NCBI RefSeq assembly: GCF_001194135.2
Contig: NC_068981.1
Location: 30,669,702 to 30,733,539, forward strand
Direction of reading: 5' to 3'
Origin: Octopus bimaculoides
Taxonomy: Eukaryota
DNA length: 63,838 nt
This document shows, one piece after another, positions 39,746-51,056 of this stretch. Position 1 is the stretch's first letter. Each line of letters starts with the position of its first letter. The position numbers and the translations under genes were made by a program. The notes under the pieces were generated by a model. The model did not search any database, was not told where the DNA came from, and saw only the letters and a program-made list of their open reading frames with translations.

Positions 39746-41830
39746 TCCATCCGAAACTCACATGTGCAACACGTCATCGCATCCCGTATGCCTTCGGCTG
39801 TTATAGGTTTTTTCGCAGAACTCCATATCCCTGGCTGAAAAGTGCGGCAAAGTGTCGAAATAGGTGAAATCCATTTGCATCCCCGACACACCGCGCGTAC
39901 CGAACAGTTCGGCGAAGTACTGCTGAAATTCCGCACACATCTGCTTGGATTCGTGTAGCGTGCGCCAGTCCCAGCCCAGCTCGTCAAAAACAGCATTGTG
40001 GTTTTGTTGCTACGTTGCATCTCTACAATCCGGGCCCATCGAACGGCTTTCGTCCCCTCATGTCTTAGTGCACCCACTCTAGCTCTGACAACACAACCTT
40101 CATGCTTGGCATTGAAGAATTGATCAATAGCCAACCTCGTCGCCAGTACGTCAGTCGCTATGCCTCTCTTAAGCGCCTCTTCCTAACTAGCTATCTCTCT
40201 TTCTCTATCCTAGATTCCTCTAAGGCTATTTCATAACTAAATCCTACCGTCTCTACTGTAATAGCCCTTTTCAGGGCTATCCACCAAAGATAGTTGACGA
40301 TTGCAATGTCAGCTTCTAATGGACTAACTTGCTAACCCGATTTCTGAATGATTGACGTGTCGAGAAAGACGCGTTCAGCTTTCAGTACCCGGGGCCCTGC
40401 CTGTGGATCCTATCTAGGTCGACTTTGCAGATCACAAATTTGTGGTCTGTGTAGCCGGCGACTTTGAACTGTGGACAACCTATGCTATTTCTGACCTACA
40501 ATATATTATATCTAAATACGATCTGGAAGTCTCAGTGCTGTTTGCTCATGTCCACATTGCTGCATTCGGGAAATTCAGTCGGTACCTGTCAGCCAACTGG
40601 AAACTACTGAGCAGGTTTTGAGGCTTTTGCACTCCCCTCTCCTGTCGGCTAGCTCCACCCTATCCAGGCATGCATCTAAAATGGCGTTCCAATCGCCCAC
40701 TAGAACTAAAGAGGGAGATGTGCCAAGGAAAACCTCCAAACGTCTGAAGAAATCTGGCTGTCACACTCCAGTTGGTGGCCTACACAACGACTAGTCTGAA
40801 AGCGCCACCCTCGCTGTTACTCACATTCAGGACCACCACCTTACCTTCCGGGTCCAGGAAGAGCGTCCGTATCTCGAGATCCAGGCTTTTCCTAAAGAGC
40901 ACTTCCACCCCGTCCCACCATTCCAGGCCGATTAAGAGATGCGTAGATATCAAAATCTTCGAAGATGGGGGCTAGAAAATGTGTATCGGAATCCCTGGTT
41001 TCGCTGGCGGCTGTCACACCCATAGATAGTGACCTAAGGTCGTTGAGCAGGCGATCCTGCTTCCAGGGCGACTCTAGGCCACAAACATTTACGCTAACTA
41101 CATTTAAACACTCCATGATGACCGGACAGAATCTGGAGACGACACAAAAGGGGCATCTATTTACCCCTCGAGTGTCGCTGAAGGTCAGGTGATTCAGCGT
41201 CCATGAGTTGTTGGGGTTCCTCTAGGAACCCCTTTAAAATCCTACTTGTGGTCTTTACATTAGGGGTTCCGACGTCTTGCGGGAAGCTCTTCCTAATGTG
41301 TTTATATGCCTCTATAAGCATTCGTACCAACACCTGTGTTTCTGGCACATGAAAGGTGTTGGTGCCAAAGATCACACCCACTCTCTCGATATCCTTCCTT
41401 CGTGCTAAGAGGTTCATCAGTCGTACATTTGCCCTCCTCACTAGCATGAAGTTTGGTGTTTGTGTGGTTTGTTGCTGCTGTTGGGAGTGTTTTCTTTTGG
41501 TCGTTTGTTGCAGTTGGGGTAGTGTTGGTGGAGCAGTTTATGATTGTAGTGCTGGAGATGTTGGTGATGTTGTATGTGTGGCTGTGGCAGTTGTTGGTGT
41601 GTTTTCTATGGTTTTTGGTGTGTGTGTGTGTGTTGATGTAGGACATGATGTGTTTTTTGTGACTCCTTCTCGGTTTGGGGGATTTCCTCTTATTTTCGCT
41701 ACATGTTGCCGATAAATCTGTGTCTGTGAAATCAGGATGAGTCGATGGGGTTTGAAGTAGACAGAGAGAGGGAGGGTGTGGGAGAGCTTCGTTGGCGAAG
41801 CCCCTAGGTGCTGCGTGTCCTTATATATTG
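39746..41830 (-). mobile_element. L1/Tx1-like LINE remnant: low-complexity ORF1, APE endonuclease and linker; 3'-truncated before the RT
   Basis: ORF2 start MECLNVVSVNVCGL (41116); LFRKSLDLEIRTLFLDPEGKVVVLNV..AFRLVVV; DHKFV..GPGY*KLNASFL; EGCVVRAR; PITAEG. Confidence 0.78.
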
Positions 41831-41834
41831 TCTC

Positions 41835-41845
41835 TACTACTACTG

Positions 41846-41890
<45 letters not shown>

Positions 41891-41935
41891 ATAATGATGA
41901 TGATGATAATGATAATAATAACAATAATAATAATC

Positions 41936-41972
<37 letters not shown>
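41835..41972. repeat. Compound (CTA)n-(GAT)n-(AAT)n microsatellite contiguous with a SINE-A tail
   Basis: Read directly. Confidence 0.92.
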
Positions 41973-41973
<1 letters not shown>

Positions 41974-42075
41974 CCTTCCTACTATAGGCACAAGGCTTGG
42001 AATTTGAGGGGAGGAGAAGAGTCGATTATTTCGACTCCAGTGTTTCACTGGTATTTAGTTTATCGATCCTTAAAG
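41973..42075 (-). mobile_element. SINE family A, 3' half
   Basis: GGCACAAGGCTTGGAATTTGAGGGGAGG..GTCGATTATTTCGACTCCAGT..GGTATTTAGTTTATCGATCC. Confidence 0.75.
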
Positions 42076-42780
42076 TATGATAGGTTTGGCATACCTGGAG
42101 TGACGCGCTCAACTTCCAGTAGCTAGGACGCTGTCTACAAAGCCTACTTAGGTCGACCGTACAAATCACGAACTTGTGGTCTGTATAGTCAATGATTTTG
42201 AAAAACATGACAATCTATGCTATCCTTATCTATTGACCTGCAGGATACTCTATCTAGATACGACACAGATGATCCGATATGGTTTTTCTGCACTGGAACA
42301 TCTGGGAAATCCAGTCAGTACTTGTCAGACAGTTGAAAACGTCTGAGCAGGTTTGGGAGGCTTTTGAACTCCACTCTTCTAACAACTAGCCCTACAGTCT
42401 AAATGTATATCCAAGATGGTGTTCCAGTCAGCCATTAGCACTAAATGTCGAGATATTCTCAGAAAAAAAAGTCTGACGAAATCCGGCTATTCTACTCCTG
42501 TCGGAGGATAGCCAGCCGCCAGTCTGAAAGCATCTCAGGCACTACTGTTGACATCCAAGGACACCAACTTACCTTCTGGGTACAGGAAGATGTTCCCTAT
42601 CTTGTGATCCAAACCTTTCCGGGAAAATACCGGAGTTTCAGCCCTTCCCCCATTCCCAGATGATATGGAGATGAGCAAATCACATATCCACCGCAAATGG
42701 GCAGGCAAGCTTGTCGATTGGAGAGTTTGGTCTAACTGATAGTGGGAGAGTGGTGATTTCATCACGATAATGCATCTGCG
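42076..42780 (-). mobile_element. Second L1/Tx1-like APE endonuclease fragment
   Basis: VFSRKGLDHKIGNIFLYPEGKLVSLDVN..DAFRLAA; DYTDHKFVICTVDL..RPSYWKLSASL; homologous to 40300-40950. Confidence 0.75.
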
Positions 42781-42861
42781 CACACTTCCCTAAGTGTGAG
42801 ACAGGTGGGTAAGCATTACCACGCTTACCCACCTACCGTATTCACCTAACCCTCTTCCCAG

Positions 42862-43134
42862 CGATATTTTTTTTATTTCCCCGAATGAATTAAATAAATC
42901 CTTAAAGGAAAACGCTTTGTAGGTGTGGAAGAGGTGAAGAAGAAAAAATGACAGAGGCCTTAAAAGGCATCACTTCGCAAGAGTTCTAGGACTGCTTTGA
43001 ACAATGGAAAATGCGTCTGGAGCGATGTGTTGCTTCAAATGGAGAATATTTTGAAGGCGATGAAAGCATAAACATGTAAAACTAGGTGAATAAAATAATA
43101 TTGCAAAATTCCGGTTTCTTTTGTGTACCCCTCG
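42862..43134 (+). mobile_element. Mariner C-terminal remnant with right TIR
   Basis: FLFPRM..LKGKRFVGVEEVKKK.TEALKGITSQEF*DCFEQWKMRLERCVASNGEYFEGD; TTCTTTTGTGTACCCCTCG|TA. Confidence 0.82.
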
Positions 43135-43318
43135 TATATATAACATATAGTGACAAGGTCGCAACGAAAAGTTTGGAAGAAAAAGTATAAATAATGAATG
43201 AGCGAAAATTGAACGGTGTGTGTGTTACATAACAAGCATTAAGACAATATGACTCACCCCAGACACAATATATACATACATACATATATATATGTACATG
43301 TATGTAGGTATATATGTA

Positions 43319-43719
43319 TGGAGTGGCGATGTGGTAAGTAGCTTACCGACCACATGGTTCCGGGTTCATTCTCACTGCGTGACACCTTGAGCAAGTGTCT
43401 TCTACTATAGCATCGGGCCGACCAATGCCTTGCGGAGTGGATTTGGTAGACGGAAACTGAAGGAAGTCCGTCGTATATATGTATTTATATATATGTTTGT
43501 GTGTGTATATGTTTGTGTGTCTGTTTGTTCCCCCAGCATCGATTGACAACCGATGGTGGTGTGTTTACGTCCCCGTAAATTAGCGGTTCGGCAAAAGAGA
43601 TTAATAGAATAAGTACAAGGCTTACAAAGAATAAGTCCTGGGGTCGATTTGCTCGACTAAAGGCGGTGCTCCAGCATGGCCGCAGTCAAATGACTAAAAC
43701 AAGTAAAAGAGTAAAGAGA
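43319..43719 (+). mobile_element. tRNA-derived SINE family C, full length, CORE-like centre and internal microsatellite
   Basis: tRNA-like head (GTGGTAAG..GGTTCCGGGTTCA), CCTTGAGCAAGTGTCTT (CORE-like), internal (TA/TG)n, tail ..CAAATGACTAAAACAAGTAAAAGAGTAAA. Confidence 0.85.
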
Positions 43720-43826
43720 GTATATATATATATATATATATATAAATAAACGGGCATATACATATGAACATGTTTCTATCTAATTAGCTATATATTTATC
43801 TATCTATCTATCTATCTATCTATATG

Positions 43827-43860
<34 letters not shown>

Positions 43861-44105
43861 TACACACGTTTATATAGCTACACACATTTATACACACACA
43901 AACACATATACCACACACACAATATACATCTAAAACAAAGCAATAGAAAGATTTAAAGAAACAAAATAATTAAATTAATAATGAGAGATAGAGAGAGACA
44001 GGGACAGATGGAGCGGTGTTTTATAAATGTTGACAAAACGATATCGATGGACGTAGAAAATTAACGATAACATACAAACAACAACAAAACAACAACAACA
44101 ACAAC

Positions 44106-44153
<48 letters not shown>

Positions 44154-44866
44154 TAGCAGGAAACAAACATTATTTGCAACTTAGCCTTAAGAGCTGAGTA
44201 ACAAAAACGAAAACACTACGTTTAAGACAACTATGGATGTTAGTGAGGAATGGGAAAAAATATGATAAAAGGAGAGAACGATAAAAACAGTGAAAGTAAG
44301 AGAGAAAGAAAGGGTGAGAGAGAGGGGGCAGAGAGGAAGGGAGAAGGTGAGAGAGGGGAAGAGAGGAAGGGAAAGGGTGAGAGAAAGAAAGAGAGAAAAT
44401 CAATTATGATAAATTTCTAAGGATTTAAGTTGAAAAGAAAAGCAAATTACAATCTTAATTAGAAATAATCTAAAAAATGTTAATTGATACTATTTATATG
44501 TCTTTATGCTATTACTAAAGATATTACTTTGTAGGAAGAACAAGAAGACGATGGCGTTGCCAGAATAGGTAGGCTGCCAATGCTAGAATGGCCAATGGCT
44601 TTGTAATAACAATTCCTATTTTTACATATTCATTGAGTTCAACTCCTGCCAAAGTCAACTTCGATTTTCGTTTCTTCGATTTTCATACATATGTAAGCAC
44701 CAATTTAATGGGAGACAGTTTGTGTGTAGTTCTTTGATGTGCTACAATTAGCAGTCAGAATTTGCTCAGATTGTACCCTATTTCTCAAATAAAGATTGGA
44801 TACCTTAGAAAATGCAGTCCTATACGTCCTGAAAAAATTAGAGGCGATCACTGTTGGAATAATTTA

Positions 44867-45488
44867 GGGATCTTTTTTAAAACGGGGGCCACGTTTTTCA
44901 TTAATGTTTTACGTAGTGTTTTTGGTACCGAAAGACTTTCAAACTTAGTATACTTATCTATTTTGTGTTATAGAACAGAAAAATATTTTTGTATTCGAAT
45001 TTATTTCATGTAAAAAATTGTCTTATTTCGATAATTTCAACCAATCACTGACAAGTATTCAGTTGTTTACATTTACTCCTTTGGCCGATTAAGCCATAGT
45101 TTCGTTTTATTTGCTTTTTTCATTTTCTTTTTTTTTCTTCGTTTTATTTGCTTTTTTCTTTTTAAATTTACTGTTTTACCCTAACCCTAACCCTAATCCT
45201 AACCCTAACCCTAATCTTAACCCTAACCCTAACCCTATCACAGATAGAATTGTTTCAGAATCGTTTGTTTATGTAGTCGGCACTTAATGTATATCGGCTG
45301 AATGGACGTCAGTGATTGGTTGTAATTACAGAAATACGACAACTTTAACATGGAATAACTTAGGGATTTCTTTTTTTTTTTAAGAAGACTAAGAGAAAAA
45401 GATGTTTTATATGACACATTCTACCAGTGTTCCAAGTTTCAAAGTGTTTCGTTAATGAAAAATGTGGCCCCCGTTTTAAAAAAGATCC
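44867..45488. mobile_element. ~620-bp non-autonomous TIR/foldback element containing a (CCCTAA)n tract
   Basis: 37-bp TIRs GGATCTTTTTTAAAACGGGGGCCAC(G/A)TTTTTCATTAA; TA on both flanks; internal inverted repeat 45018-45052 / 45308-45342; telomere-type repeat 45179-45236. Confidence 0.85.
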
Positions 45489-45789
45489 TAATTTAGATAA
45501 CATGTTCGTTCAATTAAGTTAGATCTGGAGAAAACAACAACAACAGGTACAAGAAGGGTAACATCCAACTAAATGTAAATGAAAGTCGGCTTTTTACGAT
45601 GTTAGTCCAAATCACAACCAGGTCAAATTTGTCTTTCATCCTTCAGGGTAGGTGAAGTATTGAGTTCGATATAATCAGCAATAGTCCTTACTTAAATTTG
45701 AGGCCTTTTGCCCATTTCAGAAATCAACAAGGTACTATGATGTACATAACTTCTATACCTTTCTTAAAATCCTGTTTGAATATATGTAA

Positions 45790-46400
45790 GGGGAAAATTA
45801 CCCACCTATACTTCACCTTTCATTGTGCAAGAATACCACAGTGTCTAATGTATCCTTCATGTTTGAAAATGGTACATTTGGGGAGCAGTATCGGAGCTGT
45901 CAAGATACTCTTTCGTTGGCTCATGAGCAGTTAATGTTATTGGGGGTCTTTAATGTCTATGACAGCCCTGATTGAGAAACCTTGTTGATCAAAAGCTTCC
46001 AAACCATGAAAGTTCTTGATCTGAATAAAATACAATAATATAATTGATTATATTAAACATACTTCACACCTTTCCTAACATATAGTAATATACTGCTGTA
46101 CTGCTCCTACATTTGGAACAGCGCTGCTGCGTCACACAACGACATCCAAGACTGCATCCAAATAAAGGCCATTCAACAGAATGATATGACGTCACTCACA
46201 AATCTATATTAACCACTGTCTCGCAGATGTGCTGTCTCTTTAGCACAGTACATTTAAGGCTACTTAGCTCCCCGAGTTCTACCAATTCCCCTCAAGCACT
46301 TTCGCTTCCTTGACTCATATTGAATCCAATCCCACGTCGTACTAATCACTACGCTGAGTCATATCCCGGAAAGTTGCCTCTCTGCGGACACTCTGCATAA
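45790..46400 (+). mobile_element. CR1/Jockey-group LINE remnant with the endonuclease joined to the C-terminal tail (RT absent)
   Basis: SSIGAVKILF..LMLLGVFNVYDSPD (APE GDFN motif) then YFTP..YCSYIWNSAAASHNDIQDCIQIKAI..SLTNLY*PLSRRCAVS. Confidence 0.55.
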
Positions 46401-47144
46401 AGCAGAAGATAAGTACGTTCTCTACGGTACCCACTGAGATCCGGAATATGTACTAATGTAAAATAAAACAACAACTACAAAATCGGTAGAAGCTAGCATA
46501 ACAGTACAAAATGGTGAACAAGACGTGAATAGCGATGTTTTCATAGCTAAATGACATCGAGGAGAACAATATGACACTGAGCCTGCTATACTGTAAAAAT
46601 AAACGAAAAAGAAAATATAAAAAAACCTTGTAGTGCGATATCAATTACTTAAGGGCAATTGTCAAATTCCATTACATCTAAATATGTAGGATACAAAATT
46701 TGTTCCATCTGCATAACAAGGTTATTTGTCCCCCATCTACTATGCCACACAGTTGGTTATTATCTAGCTGTCTTGCATAACAAGTTTATATCAATAATTT
46801 TACAAATAAAATTTTATAGTTCTTTTTTTCTTCTTGGTTATTTTTAGGAAAAAAATAGCCATTAGTGCACACTACGGGTGCTATTGATTTAATTTGAACA
46901 GTGAATAAGTCCACTTTTTAACTGCAAAAAATATATGCTGAGACGTAGGTTACAGAGACGTAGGTTATTTATGGTCACCTTATAGCGAAGGATAAACTTG
47001 AAATAATGCTGAACAACAACAACTTATATAATGCACATTTCTCCAAGATATTTAGTTTATGTCGCTTGTGCAGTAACTCTAAATGTTGGAAATTGAGCTA
47101 ACGCAACTATTGAAATAATTACCAGAATGAAAATATTCAATAAT

Positions 47145-47360
47145 GCCTTCTGATTCAGACGCAAGGCCAACAGTTTTGAAGAGAGCACATTAGTCGGTAA
47201 CATAGATCCCAGTACTTGAATAGTACTTTATTTTATAGATCTTGAAAGGATAAAAGGAAAAGTTAACCTCGGAAGGATTTGAACTCAGAACGTATAAGTC
47301 TGGAACAAAACCAGAAGAAATTTTATCTGACGTTCTGAGATTTCCGTCAGTTATCACCCT
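47145..47360 (-). mobile_element. tRNA-derived SINE family A (diverged)
   Basis: GCAAGGCCAACAG..GATCCCAGTACTTGA..GGATTTGAACTCAGAACGTA. Confidence 0.78.
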
Positions 47361-47384
47361 AGAAAATATTTAACATTTTTTTCA

Positions 47385-47580
47385 CATTTTAGCAAAAGGC
47401 AAGATGTTTTAGAGAGGAGGTAGTTCATAAATTACATCGATCCCAGTACTTGACTGATTCTTTAATTTGTCGATACCGAAATGATGAAAAGCAAAGTTGA
47501 CCTCGGTGGTATTTGAACCAAGAACATAAAGAAATGCCGCTAAGCATTTTGAACGACGCGATAACAATTTTCTGGTACGT
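47385..47580 (-). mobile_element. tRNA-derived SINE family A
   Basis: ATTACATCGATCCCAGTACTTGACTG..GATGAAAAGCAAAGTTGACCTCGGTGGTATTTGAAC..ATGCCGCTAAGCATTTT. Confidence 0.8.
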
Positions 47581-47648
47581 CGATGCCTTTAGAATATAAT
47601 TAATAAAGATAAATAATAAAAATAGAAAATAATTAAAAAAAAGACTTG

Positions 47649-47856
47649 AAAGGCAACGAAATGGTTGAATCGTTTGTGCATCGGAAAAACTGCATAGCAG
47701 TGTTTTTTGCAGCTGTTTACGTTCTGCCTTCAAGTTCGATCGACGGCTCTTCCAATTTTTGAGGTCGATAGAATAAGTACCAGTCAAGCACTGGGATCGA
47801 TGTAACCGACTAATCCCCAACCCTAAAACTTCCGTCCTTCTGCCAAAATCTGAAAC
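47649..47856 (+). mobile_element. tRNA-derived SINE family A (diverged)
   Basis: AAGGCAACGAAATGGTTGAATCGTT..TTTACGTTCTG..GAGGTCGATAGAATAAGTACCAGTCAAGCACTGGGATCGATGTAACCGACT. Confidence 0.75.
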
Positions 47857-48380
47857 AAAAGCAGACTGATAATAATAAATTAAGAGGATTTACTCTAAAC
47901 AGCAGGAAAAAGTGACTTATCTTATATGACATACTTAGCGCCTGTAGCACAGTAGTAATGCGCTCAGTTTAAAACACTAAGATAGCAAATTCGAATCTCG
48001 GTTACCGAAAATTTTTCGAAAAATGGGCCTCTGTGCTGCAGATAAAATTTAAAATACAGACACTGGGATTGGTTGAAGTCTTGCAGCCCTGTTGCCTAGT
48101 TGTCTCTAATATACTGCCCTCCAGTTGCCTTGTTCTTTTGTTGGCTATCACATATGTAGATATCTGCTTGCTGCTCTGTCGCTTATTTAGCTGTTACTCA
48201 TTCGCTGAGGTCAGTCGAACATTTTACTTTTCGCATTATTTCTACCCAATCTTATAACTTCCTCAACACACCACATACGTATATATATATACACCTAAGT
48301 AGAACAATGAGAATAAGTGCTCAGCACCACATTGGCAGATTTTTTATTTTATTTGTGTACTAAGGCAACAATTAGTTTCG

Positions 48381-48693
48381 TGTTAAGAAAGTATCTTAAT
48401 ATCTTAATTTTCAAGCCGGTCACCTGGAGGAATTTTGTTTGTGTCCATTTCGATGAAAACACGGAAATTCACAATAAAGTCTCGTAAAGAAAACAAGAAA
48501 TCAAGGGCCGTTACTTATGGCTGTACATAGACATAGGTTCCAACCACCCACCAACAATAATTGTTTCTTATTTTTCGAGACGTTATTGTGAACGCCCTAG
48601 AACTTCCGTGTTTTCATCCAAAGTGGAGACGAACACCTTTCCTCCATGTAACCGGCTTAAAAATTGTTAAGATATAAAGATATTTTCTTAACA
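48381..48693. mobile_element. Palindromic MITE-like element with TTAA at both ends
   Basis: Left arm 48381-~48496 and right arm ~48561-48693 are imperfect reverse complements (GTTAAGAAA.TATCTT.ATATCTTAA..AAGCCGGT.AC.TGGAGGAA..GATGAAAACACGGAA..TTCACAATAA.GTCTCG); loop about 65 bp. Confidence 0.8.
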
Positions 48694-48999
48694 GGAAATC
48701 AATGGTAGCCTTAATAAACAAACGAAGAAATATGTATGTATATATTATAATTAAAGAGTTTAAAAAATGCACATATACATGTATGTATTTACACACACAC
48801 ACACATATTTATATATGTACAAACACCTATACATACATATATATAACGTGTGTATATATATAAATGAAAAAATGTATGGTAAATAAACAAACAACATAGC
48901 GTATACTGAATGTAAAAATGAAAGGGAGACAAACAGAAGGTCCGCAATTCTTCATCAGTTATCGATCAATTGATAATATTCAGTTTTGCACATTTAACG

Positions 49000-49529
49000 A
49001 TAAGCCTGAGTGCTCCCCAATTGGTGGTTCCCGCAAAAAAATTTTCTTGCGGAGAATTAGTGACGAGAGCAAACAAAACAAAACAAACAAATCAACACAG
49101 TGTAATTTAGGACGGTGGACGAGGACGAACAGTTAAACAGAACATATGGCCTTGGGATCAAGATGAGAATAGCGGGTAACGCTTAGAAAATGTCTTGAAA
49201 GATGGCGAACGGAGAGATAGAGAATTTGCAACTGGTTGCTACGGGACCAGTGTAAGAAAGGAAGGAAAAGGGGAACTTGCCACGGATCACGTGACAGCAG
49301 CAAGCAGAGGAGAAAGACAGCAAGAGAGAGGGAGAGAGAGCGACCGAGAAAAAAAAAGGAAAGGGATCAAGGGAAAGGCGAAAAACTAAGAATACAAGCG
49401 GCAGGGAGAGAAAAAGGAGTCGGTAGAAAGGCTAGAATAGACATGAGAGACTGAGAGGAAGAAAAGTATAAAGGCGAGAGAGAGAGAGAGAGAGAGAGTG
49501 TGAGAGAGAAAGAGAGAGAGAGAGACAGT

Positions 49530-49563
<34 letters not shown>

Positions 49564-49650
49564 GAGAGAGTCACACGGGTATATAAACGACACTTACTTG
49601 TTAATACAAATTCGGTGTGTGTTGCGTTCCATTAATAAATGAACAAAATA
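49000..49650. promoter_or_regulatory. Promoter-like island (orientation unresolved)
   Basis: Locally CpG-rich non-repeat sequence with TCACGTGAC (49287-49295), GTTGCTACGGG (49235-49245), a long (GA)n tract (about 49440-49570), TATATAAA (49580-49587) and a minus-strand AA|GTAAGT donor-like site (49597-49592). Motif-only evidence. Confidence 0.35.
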
Positions 49651-50239
49651 TATATATACATACACACGCGTACACACACGTACAAATAAACTCACACACA
49701 CACATATACAGGCACACACATTATAGTAACAAACACGTGTGAAACCTGAGTTTACAAAGTATTATCCTGTCATGGATTACAACTTATTTTCTAGAACACA
49801 ATATCCAGATTTATAAAAAAATGATATTCAACATAACCAAAGAGATTAGAATATATCCAGATATATAATATTATTTAGATAAAATGCCTGACTAGATAAA
49901 GTATTAGATTTTCCGCTCGAGTTTTATAGCACAGAGTTTCATTTGTGTCTTCGGTCATACGATCTAATTCTACTCTTCACAATTTATCTAGCGAAATTTA
50001 AATAATGTTCATCAGTTTGATATTAGAGCCTGGTGAAGCTGCGGCTTATCCGCTTAACACAACTGAAGCTAATGCTACACATTCGCGCTGTGAATGTTTA
50101 GTGTTTTTTCAAAGCATGGACTTCGTAGCGTTTATTTGTTTTACTTCTGAGGGTGGAAGTGCTGTTGTTACAGCAAAATTTTTCTTAACATAAATTTAGA
50201 AACTTCTTCTCTTATTGTTTAGTCCTCTGATCAAAGGGT

Positions 50240-50637
50240 GGAGGCGCAATGGCCCAGTGTTTAGGGCAGCGGACTCGCGGTCAAAGGATCGCGGTTTCGA
50301 TTCCCAGACCGGGCGTCGTGAGTGTTTATTGAGCGAAAACACCTAAAAGCTCCACGAGGCTCCGGCAGGTGATGGTGGCGAACCCTGCTGTACTCTTTCA
50401 CCACAACTTTCTCTCACTCTTACTTCCTGTTTCTGTTGTGCCTGTAATTCAAAAGGGCCAGCCGTGGCACACTCTGTGTCACGCTGAATATCCCCGAGAA
50501 CTACGTTAACGGTACACGTGTCTGTGGAGTGCTCATCAGCCACTTGCACGTTAATTTCACGAGCAGGCTGTTCCGTTGATCGGATCAACTGGAACCCTCG
50601 ACGTCGTAAGCGACGGAGGGCCAACAACAACAACAAC
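50240..50637 (+). mobile_element. tRNA-derived SINE family B, full length
   Basis: Collinear and highly similar to 24889-25276; (CAA)n tail; no TSD seen. Confidence 0.93.
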
Positions 50638-50643
50638 GTTTCC

Positions 50644-51020
50644 ATCTATTCTTTCATTTGTTTCAGTCATTAAACTGCAGCCATACTGGGACACCGACCT
50701 GAAGAGTTTTAGTCAAATGAATCGACCCCAATACCTTTTTTTTTAAGGCTGGCATTTATTCTATCGGATTCTTTTATCGAACTGCAAAACATCATCACCG
50801 TTTGTCTATCAGTGCTGGGGGATACATACTTATATTATATCTATCTATCTATCTATCTATGACGGCTTCTTTCAGTTTCCGTCTACCCGTCTGCCAAATC
50901 CACTAACAAGGGTTTGGTCGGCCTCGGATATAGTGGAAGACACTTGCACAAAGGTCCACGTAGCTGACCTGAACCCAGAACCATGTAGTTGGAAAGCAAA
51001 CTTCTTACCACACAGCCGCA
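50644..51020 (-). mobile_element. tRNA-derived SINE family C (decayed, internal microsatellite)
   Basis: Tail TTTGTTTCAGTCATTAAACTGCAGCC and head GACGGCTTCTTTCAGTTTCCGTCTACC..GAAGACACTTGC..GAACCCAGAACCATGTAGTTGGAAAGCAAACTTCTTACCACACAGCC. Confidence 0.8.
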
Positions 51021-51021
51021 T

Positions 51022-51056
<35 letters not shown>

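Noticed and set aside
41356-41715. Hydrophobic Val-rich plus-strand ORFs resembling membrane proteins
   Set aside because: Antisense of the Thr/Asn-rich low-complexity ORF1 region of the L1/Tx1-like remnant.
45179-45236. (CCCTAA)n as a chromosome end or fusion scar
   Set aside because: Short, degenerate and enclosed within a TIR element.
50005-50193. ORF with NTTEANATHSRCEC resembling an adhesion-GPCR GPS motif
   Set aside because: The required HLT/S-F cleavage motif is absent and there is no convincing splice donor after CEC.
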